DNA of 64,000 nucleotides from Lytechinus pictus (GCF_037042905.1 NC_087245.1:43898001-43962000), one strand, 5' to 3'. Shown: positions 1-14,365, numbered from the stretch's first letter. A program made the numbers and translations. The notes: a model not told the origin generated them from the letters alone.

Positions 1-538
1 ATGCGCGACCAAAAAAACACGTAAAAAGGATGTCTTTTTCAAGATAGGGCACGTTACGTACGTAACGTGATAAGGGTGCCAAAAACACAAAAATAATGAA
101 AAAAGGGTATCTATTTCGCTAAGATTAAGAAAGCTACGTATTTAGGGTCACTAATTTGCGGGGATGATACAAAAAAAAAATTAAAATGTTTTATAAAGAA
201 AGGATGTCCTTTTTGCCCCAACACGTGTTTAGAGTCCGATTTGCGCAAGGTGTGGAAGGTGAGCGAGGCCGTATTAAACCAAATGGTGTGTAAACCGACG
301 ACCGACGGACCTGTGACATAATAAAATATCGCTGTACTTGTTTAGGGGTTCATTTCAGGGAACTTGCCAAGAGTATCATTTTGTTCCCAATATTTGTTAA
401 GGGTAGGGTTTCAGACGCCAATACTTGTTAAGGGGTGCATTTTCAGAATATGGAAAATACGTGTTTAGGGTGCTTTTCGAGACCCCATGGTCGCGCATGG
501 TATCCACTCGTCAATAGAAGTGCCCCCCCCCCCCCGGG
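1..538. mobile_element. Right part of an interspersed repeat/MITE ending in poly-C + CCGGG (left end outside the window)
   Basis: Repeated (T)TAGGG / CTTGTTAAGGG submotifs. ATGCGCGACCA at position 1 is inverted relative to TGGTCGCGCAT at ~488. Ends in CCCCCCCCGGG. Confidence 0.4.
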
Positions 539-1023
539 TATGTAACACACCTACCGGTATTCCAGGGGGTGCTGACCTTGCTGACTATGGGAAATAATAC
601 ACGCAGCACCCCCGTTTCCCATGGCCATGTGAATTTCACCCACAAACTTGCTCAGAGCCAATGAGATGCACGTAATGTATAGGTAGCGTATACCAATAGT
701 CCATGAATTTAGTTTTATGAAATGCTCTCCCAATCACAGACGCTCCGGAAAGCATTTATTTATTTATTATCACTTATTTATTTATCTATTTACATTTATG
801 TATTTATTTATTTGCTTATTTACTTATTTATTCATTCATTTATTTCATTTTACTTTAGTTGGGGGAGGGGGCAAAATATTAAAGGGGGCATAATTTTGTG
901 AAAATACGAGATCCTTGGAGGGGAAGCAAAAAAAATGTAAAAATGGAGTATAAAAGACGTGTTTATACATGTTAGATGGTTGTTAGACGAACCGGTTGTA
1001 GACCAATCTGCAATCTACAAATA

Positions 1024-1660
1024 CAGGTGAGGCCAAAAGTTTTCATACACCAATGGAATTCAGTGAAATCTGTTCGCTTGCCAAACATCTATATCTTTAG
1101 AAATATAAATACTACCATGACGAATTTGGTATCAAACGAAAGAGCGTATTAGGCTCTTTCAAATTAAAATGCTGTTGGAATTAAAGTATATTTCAGGTGG
1201 AATCTGCTTTGAAGAAAAAAAGTAGTATTCATTCAAAATGTATTCCATTGTTTTTTTATATTATATTTTCCAACATCGTTTCATAGAAATACATAAATGT
1301 CAAATATATATTTTTTTATTACATTTCCTATCATGATATATCACCACTGAACAAAAAAGTGTAATCTGAAATGTCTGTGTTGAGAAGTAACTAGCACAAA
1401 TATGAAATGTTTTTGTCAATTTTTTGTTTTTGATTCGTTTAAAATATGAAGATTTTAGGGGAAAATTGCACCTAAATATGTTTCATATTTCATGACAAAG
1501 CAATGTGATGAAGGGGCATGACATACTGATTTGTTTGATGACATATTGATTTGTTTGATATCAACTTCGTAATGAATATTTTATAAGATACAGTAAATTT
1601 TATAATGTTTGGCAAGTGTCAACTTTTCTTTGAATTTTCTGGGTGTATGTTGACTTCTGT
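1024..1660. mobile_element. Degraded Tc1/mariner-type MITE
   Basis: TA + CAGGTGAGGCCAAAAGT at the left end. Imperfect inverted arms (CATACACC..CTTGCCAAACAT..GTATCAAAC vs GTTTGATATC..ATGTTTGGCAAG..GGTGTATG). Confidence 0.45.
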
Positions 1661-2577
1661 ATATATTGACAAAAAAAATCGACTACAAGCACTTTCTACA
1701 AATTCTATGATACTCCGAAAACTAACCTTCAGAAAACTGACTCTATGAACTTTTCTAAACACGTAAACATTTTCGCTAAATTTTAGTATTCATCATATAT
1801 ACGACTTTATAATTTCAACGCACTGAAAGCTATTTCGGTGCCGTCCCAACAATTGTACTTTGGTCAGGAAATTAAAAAATTCATCAGATTCAAATTACCA
1901 TTTTCACCGTAATGCAATCTCGCACTTGGTAAAAATTGAGATATAACAACGTGCGTCTGTTAGATATCGATTATTTTTCGTTTTATATGCATTTTGCCAC
2001 TGGTATGAGGTTATGATCAGACGACCATCATAACGACTTCCGGTATATCGAATGAATACGCGAAGAATCATTATACTACACCCTCGACAGGATGATAGAC
2101 TAGTAATAATATAGCTCCATTATTGATTAATTCAACCTGTTTATCACAAGATATTTGATGGTAGGTTATACCTGCCCTACATTAAAAAAGAAATGCAATT
2201 AAGATGTGTTGATGTCATGAAGTACAATGTCGATATCAGTATTTTTAATTTTTGTTAGTATAGTCCTATTTTTATTGTATTTTCTTCTCTTTTTTTGATA
2301 TATAAAAAGTTATCGGCCAAAGTTTTACTTTTATATTTCATTCTGCAAACTGCTATAAAAAGATATACTAGAAGCAACGATTGACCATCCCTTCCAACGG
2401 CGAATACAAGGGGGCGTAGCGACCGAGCGAGACATTTTGAACATTTCGAACCTACAACAAGGCTCATAATAATACAAAGTAATGAAGCGAATGATATTAG
2501 TGAGGGAGCGTAGCGAATTAGCGACAAAGTTTGTATGTTTTCCCTAATGAAACCTAGCCTTTTGATACAAAAACGTA

Positions 2578-2770
2578 TGGTTACACTTCTTAATTCCGAA
2601 GGCTCATTCCGAAGGTTCAAAATTCCGAAACACGTAAATTGCTAAACCTCGATGTTCGTTAATCCGAACATTTGTGGCGTTATTCTGAAGTTTCGTTATT
2701 CCGAATGTTCGATAATCCGAAAACAAAATAAGGTTCTTTATTCCAAATGTTCGTTAATCCGAAAAATGCA
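2578..2770. repeat. Partial copy of the TTCG(N6)CGAA-array foldback family
   Basis: GGTTACACTTC..AATTCCGAAACACGTAAATTGC is the reverse complement of the right end of the complete copy at 63266-63734. Confidence 0.7.
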
Positions 2771-3239
2771 ATAATCGATGGCGAAGCCGGAGCAACCGGA
2801 AGGATGAGCGTGGTGGAGAGGGGGGGGGGGGGGTGGTACACCGTTGCTGTTTAATTGTTATGAGGATAGGGAGGCAAAAAGAAGGGCGGCGGAGCAAAGA
2901 AGAGTGAAGTAGAGCAAAGCCTTTTTCACTCTAGGAAGATGCTAATCCAACGTTACCAGGGGCGTTTACGTAAGCAGAATTCTTTCTTAGGGATAATCAT
3001 AGCCTTTAATGAGGCTAGTTCATGTTTTTTTTTCTCATTGCTAGACCTGCCAATATTTATTTTATTATTAATTTTATTCAACCGGCTTAAACATAAATAA
3101 ATGTACATGATACAAAGGTACAAGGACCAAACTGAACATGTTTACAATAATTACAACTTAAAAACAGACTACTGAACATCAAAACAATAAAATATAAATG
3201 TATTCAACGAGAAAACTACTATTAACCTATTTTTTGTGG

Positions 3240-3377
3240 AAAAAGTTAAAATGTCATACATTGTTTATTTTACATCCGATTTCGATGAAATTTTCAGCGT
3301 AATGCTCATCTGATTTCCTATTTTCTATTCAAATCATTTTTTTTTTTTTTGGGGGGGGGGGTGGACTTGACCTTTTA
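3240..3377. mobile_element. Right-arm fragment of the AGG(A/T)CAAGTCCACCCC (Kolobok-like) MITE
   Basis: GGGGTGGACTTGACCTTTTAA end, matching the arms at 14847 and 16250. Confidence 0.5.
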
Positions 3378-3467
3378 AACAATCCCCCAGAAATGTTATA
3401 CCAATACAGGCTCTGCAGAGATGATTTCTTATTCATATCTAGATCATGTATACAGATCATTCTCTTA

Positions 3468-3667
3468 CACTCTTAAAATGTCGGGCAACAAACTGTCCAC
3501 ACAACACTTGGTTTAAAACACCATCCAACTCTAGGTAGTCTTCAACCAGTACTGAGTAGTTTTCACCCAAAGCACACATTATTAGTTTAAAACTAACTAC
3601 CCAGAATTTGATAACGTTTCATCCAATTGTTGTGTGAATAGTATTTTGCCCAACATTTTTAAGAGTG
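3468..3667. mobile_element. ~200-bp palindromic MITE with CACTCT..AGAGTG termini and TA TSD
   Basis: TA|CACTCTTAAAATGTCGGGCAA ... TTGCCCAACATTTTTAAGAGTG|TA. Confidence 0.8.
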
Positions 3668-5236
3668 TAGTTTCTTCTCATTTCGAATGAAACGATTGAA
3701 ATAATTTTTGTTTGTTCATGAACTATTCTGCAAAACGAGACTTCATGAGGGTTATTATTAGATGCGAGATATACATACACCCCCTTTTCGATATATATTA
3801 TTAACGGTTCTAGAATTATCCGTTTCGGAGCAAATTAAGTTTCAGTGATATTTGATATTGTCTGCATATCGATTTCGCACTTCTTTAATGGAGTTGCGTG
3901 ATGAATGTCATTACAGCTGAGCATGATTTCATGACTGAGCTAGAGAGAGGGAGAGAGAGAGATAGAGGGTTGGAGAGATTTTCATAAAAAGAAGATTAAA
4001 TTGGCCAAGCAAACAATAATATAAATGTATATAACCTTGCCTAATCAAATGTCATTGACACTCCAATGGGCCTATTTTTCATTCATTATCATCGTTATTA
4101 AAAATCCTGTTGTAGATATCCTTTGGCTTGTCAATCTTGATCCCTCAATTATTGCGGAGCGGCATGCAGGTAATGTTGAAAGAATCGACAAATTATATAC
4201 ACGATCTAGGTTTCTTATCATCATGTTTTATGAAAACACAACACATCTTATTATAATATCTGAATTGAAATTCAGAAACTTAAAGTTCTGAATGAATTGA
4301 TCCGTATCTCTTGATATTTACACCTTTTTTCTCATGTCTTTGGCATTTTCCCTATCTGGGATATATTAATCGCCTCACACATACACACACCCCAACACCT
4401 TTTTTCAACATGTTTTATTAAAGATTTCATTCAAATGATTTACATAAACTCAATATAAATACCAAAAAAATATACAAATCTTCATTTTATATCAACAAGA
4501 ATATGCAAAAATATCAACAACAAAAAAACTGAAGCAATAAGGATGGAATGAAATGCCTTAAAAATATACTTTTATATCTAAAAAAAAAAACTAAACTAAG
4601 CCCCCAACCCTCTATGTATTTTAATAATAAGTAATATTGAATGATTTGCAGGAAAACAAAAATCAACATATTATCATTGCATCTCTAATCCCATTTTACA
4701 TCAAGCTTCAACATACCTTTACATGATTATACACACATACACACACCCACCCAAACATGCACATACGTAAATAAACATAATACTGTATATACAAATATAC
4801 ATATGAACGTTTGATTTTTCGCGAAATAGGATACAGAAAGAAAAGAACTTGCAAATTAGATTGATACAAGAGAAGGGGATATTGAACAGAACTAGTAACA
4901 AAAAAAAAATCATTAAAAACATTCACACCAGGATTCAGACTCGCACCACACTAGACACAACCTACCTGTTCACATTCAAATTTCTTTTCACCTTCAGTTC
5001 ATCACATTTCTGTATAATGTAAACTTGACTTGCCTGACTTCGTTGCCAGGCGACTTTCTACCTCTATACAACCCTCACACACGCACCCACCCACACACAC
5101 ACTTCCCCCTCCATCTCTCTTCAATAAACGATGTATAACAGAATATGACAGAAGAAATGCAAACTGAATTAGATTAAGAATAGCACCCCCTTAGTGTGTA
5201 TAAAAGAACATAAAAAAGAATTGTCCTTTTCAATTA

Positions 5237-5519
5237 CACACTAAGAAATAAAGGTTCAAAATTGAACCCCGAAAGGTTGATGCAAAATCAGCACCCTATG
5301 GGTTCAAAAATTGAACCCCTGATTGGGGTTCAAAAATTGAACCCCTGGTTGGGGGTCATTTTTGCACCCTGCGGGTTCAAAACTGCACCCCTAAACTTTA
5401 AATTGAACCCCTAGGGGTGCAGTTTTGAACCCGCAGGGTGCAAAAATGAACCCCAACCAGGGGTTCAATTTTTGAACCCCAATCAGGGGTTCAATTTTTA
5501 ACCTTTATTTCTTAGTGTG
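5237..5519. mobile_element. Near-perfect palindromic MITE built from TTGAACCCC/GGGGTTCAA units, TA TSD
   Basis: TA|CACACTAAGAAATAAAGGTT ... AACCTTTATTTCTTAGTGTG|TA, with mirrored internal units. Confidence 0.85.
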
Positions 5520-7719
5520 TACTTAGTCATGCTAGTCATAGCATTTTTCTTCAAAGCTATTGTTTTTCTGAATAAAATAAAAATGACCTTCGTTCAATAT
5601 ATTTTGTGTGTTGGTGCAGCGGTTATTTTTTTTTCGATTTATTTAGTTCTTCACATTTTAAATTCTGTCTTTGAACGAATCATCCCACTATATGCTTCAA
5701 TAGCCAGGGATGGCACTACATCGAGGGGTCTAGCTCCCTAAGATTTATTTAAAAGTAAAAAATCAAGAAAAACGTGGACTCGAGAAGTAAGAAGAGTGTG
5801 CAAAAGAGACGCATTGGTCCAATACCCAATACCCCTGTAATTAAATTAATTTAAGATACCCTGACGTCATCCCTGCCCAATATTTATTCTCAGAAAAACA
5901 AAGTAAACCAAACCAAACATACAGATCAAGGGAATGGTATAAACTCTCAATATATATGAAGTTTTGGAGAAAGGGCATCGAAATTGAAATCATTTTGAAT
6001 GCAATTATTTATGTTAAAAAAAATCAAGTGCAAATATGGTTTGCATCTTTTCATGAGAGAAAAATGTAAAGAGAGCAGGGCCCTGAGAACGATTTTTTTT
6101 TGCTGGGGTGCTGAAGTAAATTTGACAAGCAAAATAAAAAAGGTTTTCACAACAAAATGAAGATCGTCTTGGTCCTAAGAAATCTGACAAGCAAAAAAAA
6201 TAATTAAAAACCCCCACCAAATGGTGGTCATTTCAATACATTTCTCAAATTTGACACACTACCAGCTGCCTATGGAAAATAATACGCGCAGCTCACCCGC
6301 TTACCAGGGCCATGAAAGAGAGAGAGAGAGGGATAAGTTTGGATGCGTTTTACTTAATCACCAGGGAATAAAAAACGCGGAAGGCAGATAATATTCCCAG
6401 AAAATAATTGTGACAGATAATGTATACAAAGGCAATACACACCGGCATGCCCTGAGGTTTATCCCATCGGTGATTGGCTGTCAGCGTGCAAAATATTACA
6501 ATTCATTAATATTTAAGAGACATGATCTGTCGTCAACTCGACGAGTCGCTACTTTGCCATCACCTGATCACGTCGGTAACATTATTAGAGCCCTGCTCCT
6601 GGAATCATAATTACCAAGTATATACCTATCAGCATACTCCATAGGAGAAGATAATAGAAGTTGTCACCATATCATAAAAAATAACTACCCAACATATATC
6701 ATGGCTTATGCTAAACGGTGTTAACACCTTCATATCGCTCTATACAAGGACCGTTCATCCGTTAGAATGATTTGAAAAGGATATCATTTATTTCGATTGA
6801 TTAGAACTTGATCAACGGACTGCAGCACTCCGAAATTATGAAGATGCAACACTGATAATGCACATCTGTTTAAGCTTAAAACAAGAAGCAGAATATCCAG
6901 CTGTCAGGGCGTAAAATATCCGGGTCCATTTAGCCGTCGTTTTGCTGATTATCTATTCTATAGACAGGTAAAATATTTCTTCCTCAATTCTTACCCTTTT
7001 AGATTAATATTTCTTTTTATCAATTACGATATGAAACCTAGAAAGTCTTTAAAAAAAAAAAAAAACACATTGGAGAGGATGCACAAACATATTTCTTGCA
7101 AACTTTGACTGTATTAATGGATGCAAGCAAAAGCTTTGGCCAAACATGTACATGATGCAACAGATGTATATCTAATTGCTTAAATACCAAGCATATTGCT
7201 CGAGATGTTATGTTTTTTATTGTTATGATTTTCAAATTTAACGAGAGCCACAGGAGCTAACGGTTCAACCATCATAACATAAAGCACACTTACAATAGTC
7301 TGTTTTGGCATTTATGCCTAAAAATTATGAGCACTTTTTCGAGAATTTATGTTAAGATCTTTGAAAATTCTTTACAAACACTTTTGAAACAGTCACCTTA
7401 TAATTCTTTAAGACATTTATCATTTATGAGCTTCATTCATTATAGATAAGATATATACTGTATATAATATATGTTACAGTTTAAATAGATCTTTCTGTCC
7501 TTTTTTTCAAAATATAGTCAACTTTTCGATTTGACAAGCATTTTTATTCCCCTTAATTTCACAACAGTATTCAATTTGTGTTTGATTATAACTTCATTTA
7601 TGCTTCATCAATGATGGTTTGATATTTCTGAGCGTAGTCCAGCAAGTACTTTTCTATATTGCAACAAATTAGCTTCTCTTATTTAAATAAGAATCAAACC
7701 ATGCTAATGGTAAATCACT

Positions 7720-8350
7720 TTAATAATAATAATAATATAATAATAATAACATTTGTAGGGCGCTTTATACTGGTGTTTCAAAGCGCACAGGTTGGCAGAT
7801 TATAATAATATACAGTCAATCCATTAAAAAAGAAAAAGAAAACAAGTTATGAGAAAAGGTGAGTTTTAAGTGACGATTTGAAAATTTCCACGGAAGGAGC
7901 ATTTTGGATATGAGTTGGGAGTTTATTCCAGAGGGTGGGAGCAATTACAGAAAATGCACGATCACCATATCGGGTCTTAGTGCGAGGGCCATGAATTAAA
8001 TTATTGGAATATGATGAACGTAGGGATCTGACAGAAGAGGAAGAACGAAGGGAAATAAGGTCTTGGAGATATTTGGGTGACATATTATGGGTAATTTTGT
8101 ATACAATGAGTAGAATTTTGAACGTTACGCGAGAGTGAACCCGGAAGCCAATAAAGTGATCGGAGAATAGGGGTGATGTGTTCGTGTTTCTTGCTCAAGG
8201 TTACCATTCTCGCTGCAGTGTTGAGGATTCGCTGGAGGGGAGAGATGGAAGAAATTGGGAGGCCGGCAAAGAGGGAGTTGCAGTAGTCTAGATGGGATGA
8301 GACGAAGGCATGAATAAGTTTTTCAGTAGAGGCTTGGTCGAGTAGTCGTT
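7720..8350 (-). mobile_element. 3' fragment of an L2/CR1-group LINE (post-RT region plus (TAT)n tail)
   Basis: Translations LIHAFVSSHLDYCNSLFAGLP, HEHITPILRSLYWLP and RYGDRAFSVIAPTLWNKLP. (TAA)n at 7720-7749 on the + strand is the 3' tail. Confidence 0.85.
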
Positions 8351-9252
8351 TAATAAATTCGTTTAATAAACGAATATTCTTTAATTTATTCAATAAAATA
8401 GATGCATCAACAGTATCAAAAGCACATCTTATATCAATTAAAAGCGTTCCTGTCATTTTAGCCTTCGTCTATAGCATTTAATCAGTTATCCGTTAAAAAG
8501 AATAGCGTGGTCGAAATCCGCATTGTGCCTTGTTTGTTTGTTTGTTTGTATTTATTTCCATATAAAAAGATGAAATATATACATGCTCAATTTAACATAC
8601 AGATCATATGGAGGATGGCCCATTTCAGCGGCATTAATAAAATACCGCTGTTCTTCCATGGGGGCCTCTTTGTCTATTTGACAGCAAATAATAACAACTG
8701 CTGATGGACAATTATTTCAATGCGCTTGGATACAGACGGTAAAATAGAAATGGGTCGAAAATTACAAGCCTTGTTAATATCACCTTTTTAGTAATGGATA
8801 TACATGTACACAGCACAATATAAGTCATCCGGAGAAACCCTGAAAGCAAAAGACAAATTAAGCTTGTAATAGAAGAGATAATGAAAGCTTATTAATGATC
8901 TTATTGAAAATATCAATAACATATATCAAAAACATCAATATTATCGGCTTGGAATTAATTTCTCAACGAATTCTTCTTTAACAGGCTCAAGGTTAAATAT
9001 ACTATTATATAAGACAAATCCACCATAGACATGATAGAGTAATAAAATGGGCCCCTCTCAAATACATAAGAGGCTAGACACTGATATTTGTCGAATTATA
9101 TACTTAGCACATATCATACATTATTTGAAGGCGTCGATCAAATATATAATAAAGATTATCAAAAGGGGAAATGAGAAAAGGTGCAGTAGATTGTATGCAG
9201 GCACAAAATCAAATTAGGTGATGCATTATTGGAACATTTAATTACATTAGGG

Positions 9253-11150
9253 CAGTGGCGTAGCTATAGGATTTTTTTCCTGGGGGGAACAGGGGGTCCT
9301 TGCTTTTTCAGGGGGGGGGGGCAACAATTTATTTCTGTGTGTGTATGTGTCACAAGGGCGGATCCGACTTCCGCCACTAGGGGGTGAGACCTGAAATTAT
9401 CTTCACCTATATTTTCCCCAATCAGTCACTTCTTAGCTTTATTCTTCTAAAACAACAGAAATATGAAATAATCTCATAAGGGACTTGTAAAGGACTGTTT
9501 GCAGCTACCCACGAGCGCGAAGCGCGTGCGATTTTTTTTCTTTCATGTATTTTGTCCTGAAAATTTGAAATGTTTGTGATCCTGAACAAGATGTGTATGT
9601 AACTAGATAATTACTGAAATCTTTAATAAATGTTCAAACATGATCGGAAAGGGTAAAGGACTGTTTACAGCTTTACCCACGAATACGGTACATATTTCAA
9701 TAATGGGAGCGCGAAGCGCAAGCTAAAACTTTACTTTTTGACATTCCGACCTAAAAATTGACATTCTAAGCACTTGTTGTAATCATAAATGGGATAGGTA
9801 TGTAACTAAGCAGTTGATGCCAGCGCGAAGCGTGAGCGGAAGAAAATTGAGATTTTAGACCTAAAAGCGGGACACTATTCATATTTTGTAAATCATGAAT
9901 ATATGGTTAATTGGGTATCATTGATAATGCGAGCGTGAAGCGCGAGCAGACAATTATTGATATTCTGATCTGAAACTGGATAATTTAAGCATATTTTAAA
10001 TAAAGAACATACAGGCTATCTCAATAAACGTGCGTGCGCATGTTTTAGATTTAGACCTAGAATCTGGGCATTAAACATTTTTTTCAATCATGAAGATCAA
10101 TAATGGAAGCGAGCTGAAAACATTGCTATTACGATCTGAAAAGGTCAATTTAAACACTATTTACACTAAGTACTGTGTAGGGAAATTGTGAAGTGGATGT
10201 GGATCACACTTAATGAATGATGCGAAGCGCGAACTGATATTTTTGGCCTATTATTTTAACAAAGGACCGGGATATTTGAAGGACATTTTGTCATCATATG
10301 AAAATAATGACCATCTTCCTATTATTCCTAAGCTTGTCGATATTCCATTCTGAAAAGACCCAATTTAGTTATTAAGAATTCAGGAAAATGTTATTTTCTT
10401 ATTTGTTAATCTAATGTGCGTAATGACAGTTGTTGTTTTAAGGCCTGAAACTAGACATTTTAAGCATTTTTGTAATTATAAATACGCATAACAATGGTTA
10501 ATACGTTTTTAACAATTAATGCGTGGCAAATCGCGAGCTGAATTTTTAAAATAAAATGTAATGAAAAGGCCTGGGGTTTTTGTTTGCCTCTATATAGAAT
10601 TGATATAGAGTACTCACCAATCAAAATGCGAGCGTGCAGCGCTAACTTATATAGGCCTACGTTTTGACAGTCACATCTGAAAATTGATATTTTGAGAACT
10701 TTCTGGCACCTATGGAATACACGAAGAGAATGGGAACTTGGCAAATCAAATAATGCGACCACGCAGCGTGAGCTTAAAATGTTGATATGTAGACCATATT
10801 AATGGACTTTTTACAGAGTGCATTTAATTTGTAAATGGAAAAAAATTAAAGCTCGATGTCCGAGCTGAAATATGTTTTGCATATTGACTTCAAAACTTGA
10901 TATTTTAAACTCCATATCAGCCTATTGAGCAAGATATGAATCTCATCGAACAGGCAATTCGAGCGCGAAGCGTTGGCGAGAATTTTATTTAGTAACATGA
11001 AAATTTGTTTTTTGCAAGTCTTCCCCCAACATTATTTTATTCACTCGTCTTCCTCCTCTTATTTCCCTCTCCGTTTTTTCCTACTGCCTTTCACCTTCTT
11101 TCTCTTTTTTCTTTTCTTCTTTCTCCTTTTTTTTGCTCCGCCATTTTTTT
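9253..11150 (+). mobile_element. Non-autonomous hAT-like element, copy 1 (left TIR CAGTGGCGTAGCTA; right end lost)
   Basis: Collinear with 18023-25412, whose right end TAGCTACGCCACTG is the inverted partner. Contains periodic GCGCGAAGCGCG motifs. Confidence 0.8.
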
Positions 11151-11153
11151 TAA

Positions 11154-12099
11154 AGGACGTTCCACAGTTAAAGTGAAATCCATGTCATTTTCACCCAACT
11201 TTGCACATAGATACTTTAGAACCTTAATATTCGAAATATGCAAAAATTAACATAGGTCCATGTGCTTGATTTTTTGCTATAGAGCTTCAAAGTTCACCCA
11301 AATTGATGTTCTTAAGAATTGCGCATTCAAAAGAATTTGGCATTTTTAGACCGCCCAAGATTACTACAATGAGTTTAAACCTCCATTACTCATTCAAAAT
11401 ACATGAAAAGGTCATCAAATTTCGCAAGAGAGTTAATAATTGTATCGTTAGAATGGAGAATCTATTAATAGTGCTATTTGTTTGCAATTTTAAGTTTAAC
11501 AGCACTGTCAGTTCTTAAAAATGGCGTAAAAGATAACAAAATCCCAATCTAAAAACTGTAAAATTTTAGTAACAAACTACAAACGTACAATAAATGCTGC
11601 ACTTTATTCAAAATCCATGTCATTTTCACCAAAATTTGCAGAGTTGTAGAGGAAGGTATACCTAAGAGGTACAAACATTAAAAAATAGGGGTTCATGTGC
11701 TTGTTTTTAAACTATCAGCATTTTTATTAGAGCAAATGTGCTTTTTAAAACACCAAAAATGGGCCGAATGCTTAGTATCTATGTGAAGAAAAAATCAAAA
11801 CCACTCTACCATCTGACCATTTATTCAAACTCGGGCTAATATTCGTGATTCTTGGCAGCACTGCAGAGTAAAGTATTTTGAAATTGTAGAGAATATTTTT
11901 TTGAATGGTCCATGGAATAATTCAATTTTTTAGCTTCATGAAATAACGCATCGGATCTGCAGTTAAAGTGCAGAAGATGAGAAAAATCAGCTGATACCCG
12001 CAGCTAATTAATCACCTGTTCATCCATTGTGACGTCTGCGCGCGGAGTGTAAACTATGCGCAGATCATAATGCGCACAAATATAACTGTGGAACGTCCT
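11154..12099. mobile_element. PIF/Harbinger-type MITE (17-bp TIR, TAA TSD)
   Basis: TAA|AGGACGTTCCACAGTTA ... TAACTGTGGAACGTCCT|TAA. Confidence 0.8.
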
Positions 12100-12221
12100 T
12101 AACATTTGTCGTCTGACAACTTTCCTTGATTTTGATTGGCTGAAAGGCATTGATACTACGGTAACTGTCGGATAAAACAGGACTTGTCGGATATGTCCGA
12201 CAAGTCCTTTCACGTAACGCT

Positions 12222-12505
12222 TCCCCGAAGGTTCGAATATTCCGAATGATCGATATTCCGAATATGAAGAAAGGTTCGTTCAGCTTATCAGTTACCAACG
12301 GACCTTTTTTTTATTTTCGGACTATCGAACATTCAGAATATCAAACATTATTCTACTGTCAAATTAACGAACCTTCGATATAATGATACGTTAGGTTTTA
12401 AAACCCTTTTTATGTTCAGAACATCTACTTGCGTGTTTCGGAATAACGAAGTTTTGTGGTATTCGAACCTATGGAGTAACGAACCTTCGGAATGACGAAA
12501 ATTGC
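12222..12505. repeat. Degraded TTCG..CGAA-array foldback copy
   Basis: CCGAAGGTTCG and CGAACCTTCGG units in both orientations. Confidence 0.55.
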
Positions 12506-12805
12506 GGTTACCAGGGAAAGATCACCCGGACGATTAGTTGGTTGTAATAAAACAAATCGAAAGAACAATGGTCACCAAGGAAAGATCACCCGGACGATTA
12601 GTTTGTTGTAATAAAACAAATCGAAAGAACAATGGTCACCAAGGAAAGATCACCCGGACGATTAGTTTGTTGTAATAAAACAAATCGAAAGAACAATGGT
12701 CACCAAGGAAAGATCACCCGGACGATTAGTTTGTTGTAATAAAAAAAATAGAGAGAATAATTGTCACCCGGGAAAGATCACCCGGACGATTAGTTGGTTG
12801 TAATA
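12506..12805. repeat. 64-bp minisatellite, about 4.7 copies
   Basis: Unit GGTCACCAAGGAAAGATCACCCGGACGATTAGTTTGTTGTAATAAAACAAATCGAAAGAACAAT starts at 12570, 12634 and 12698. Confidence 0.95.
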
Positions 12806-13129
12806 ATGGTCATAATTTGATGAAAATCCATCAGAGATTAATAAAATCACGAAGGTTTATAGCTTTTAATTTGTGACGTCATATGCTAGTTTAGCTCCTC
12901 CATCGTGTAATGCGAATTCCCTATATTCCCATTGTTTTTAATGGAACATGGTGGAACATAATATATATATACATGTATATATTGAATAGAAGGGGCATAA
13001 AATGATTTGTCTGAATATCTACCACACGAATAAAATCACTTTCAATAAAAAAAATATATTTTCGTGTAATTTACATATGGAGGAGACTCTCGTCTGAGAA
13101 GTCACAAAGTAAAAAAAAATAATAATTAC

Positions 13130-13990
13130 GAATGTGTCTTCCTGCTAATCGGTCTTCTTCCCATCAGTGCTAGAATAGATTATGAAAAGCTTCTGCTCTT
13201 AGGGCAACTTCTTAACCTAGATCAGATCAGGTTTGAGTCCTAAGTCCCTTAGGTGTATTCTTCAGAAATATGGGCTACCACCACTTGAAGACCTGCTTGT
13301 CAACCCCATCCCATATCGAGCGTGGAAGCCCACCATCAATAAGGCCATCAACGATCATGTCCAAGCTCAGATGGTACAGGGAGCCACTTCCAAGCCTTCT
13401 CTTGTTTGCTGGACACTGAGGCCCTTCACTGATCCTTTGGAGCTTTACCCCAAGGACCCCCCCCCCCCCCTCTTCCATTATCAGACAAGCCTTGACTGTG
13501 AGAGCACAACTCCTTACATCAACATATCTTACTCAGTCCAGGCTCTGCAAAATTGGGAAGAAAACAGACCCAACTTGTGCTCTGTGTAAACTTGAAGAGG
13601 ACACTACAGAGCATATCCTTGCCAAATGCCCACGTACCCTCCACCTACGCAACACCCTCTTGGACAAGATAAGGAATCTCCTAAAGGATTTCCCCTCTTC
13701 AGCAACCTCCTTCAATACCAGCAATCCCTGCCAACTCACAGCAGCCATCCTACTATCCTATGATGCTTCCCTCCCTCACCCGTTAAATGCTTTGATCCTA
13801 AAAACTACCATGCACTTCACTTTAAGCTGCATATCCTTTTCTTGTCCCTTAAACCTGTCAACTCTCAGTAACCTGCCTGTCTTTCAATCCCCCTGGACTT
13901 GACATTTACCAGACTAATTGACTCAACTTTTGCAGTGATACCTGCCGATCTCCGAACAGCGGAGGAACTGAAACGAGAGAGAGAGAGATT
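13130..13990 (+). mobile_element. 3' fragment of a LINE (RTEX-like) with C-terminal CCHC zinc knuckle and (GA)n tail
   Basis: RAQLLTSTYLTQSR..DPTCALCKLEEDTTEHILAKCP. Frameshifted. GAGAGA tail at ~13975. Confidence 0.7.
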
Positions 13991-14365
13991 AGAATTAAAA
14001 TATTTGTTGTAACCAGACTGCATAGCTTGCAGGCTGGATTATATAAGAATGAAAGGGTTTACAATTATATTTTTTATATACATCTCACATTTCAAAGCTT
14101 GGTACTTACTAATAATTAAAAATGACAAAATGTGATCTTAAATAGTTTACGCTCGTAACAAAGATATAAAAGAATATAAATACATATTAAACAAAAAATG
14201 TACACACGGACACAAAACTCATGTGATCATTGTGATAATCCCATATTGCATGCCCATATTAATTTATACTACCACTATCCATCATACTGGAAATAATTAC
14301 ATAATAGTGTATACTCTCAAATCGCTATTGCAAGTTATTATAAGCACCAAGACCTGTTGGTCTTA

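Noticed and set aside
12506..12805. CRISPR-like array
   Set aside because: Units are contiguous identical repeats without unique spacers, the context is eukaryotic, and there are no cas genes.
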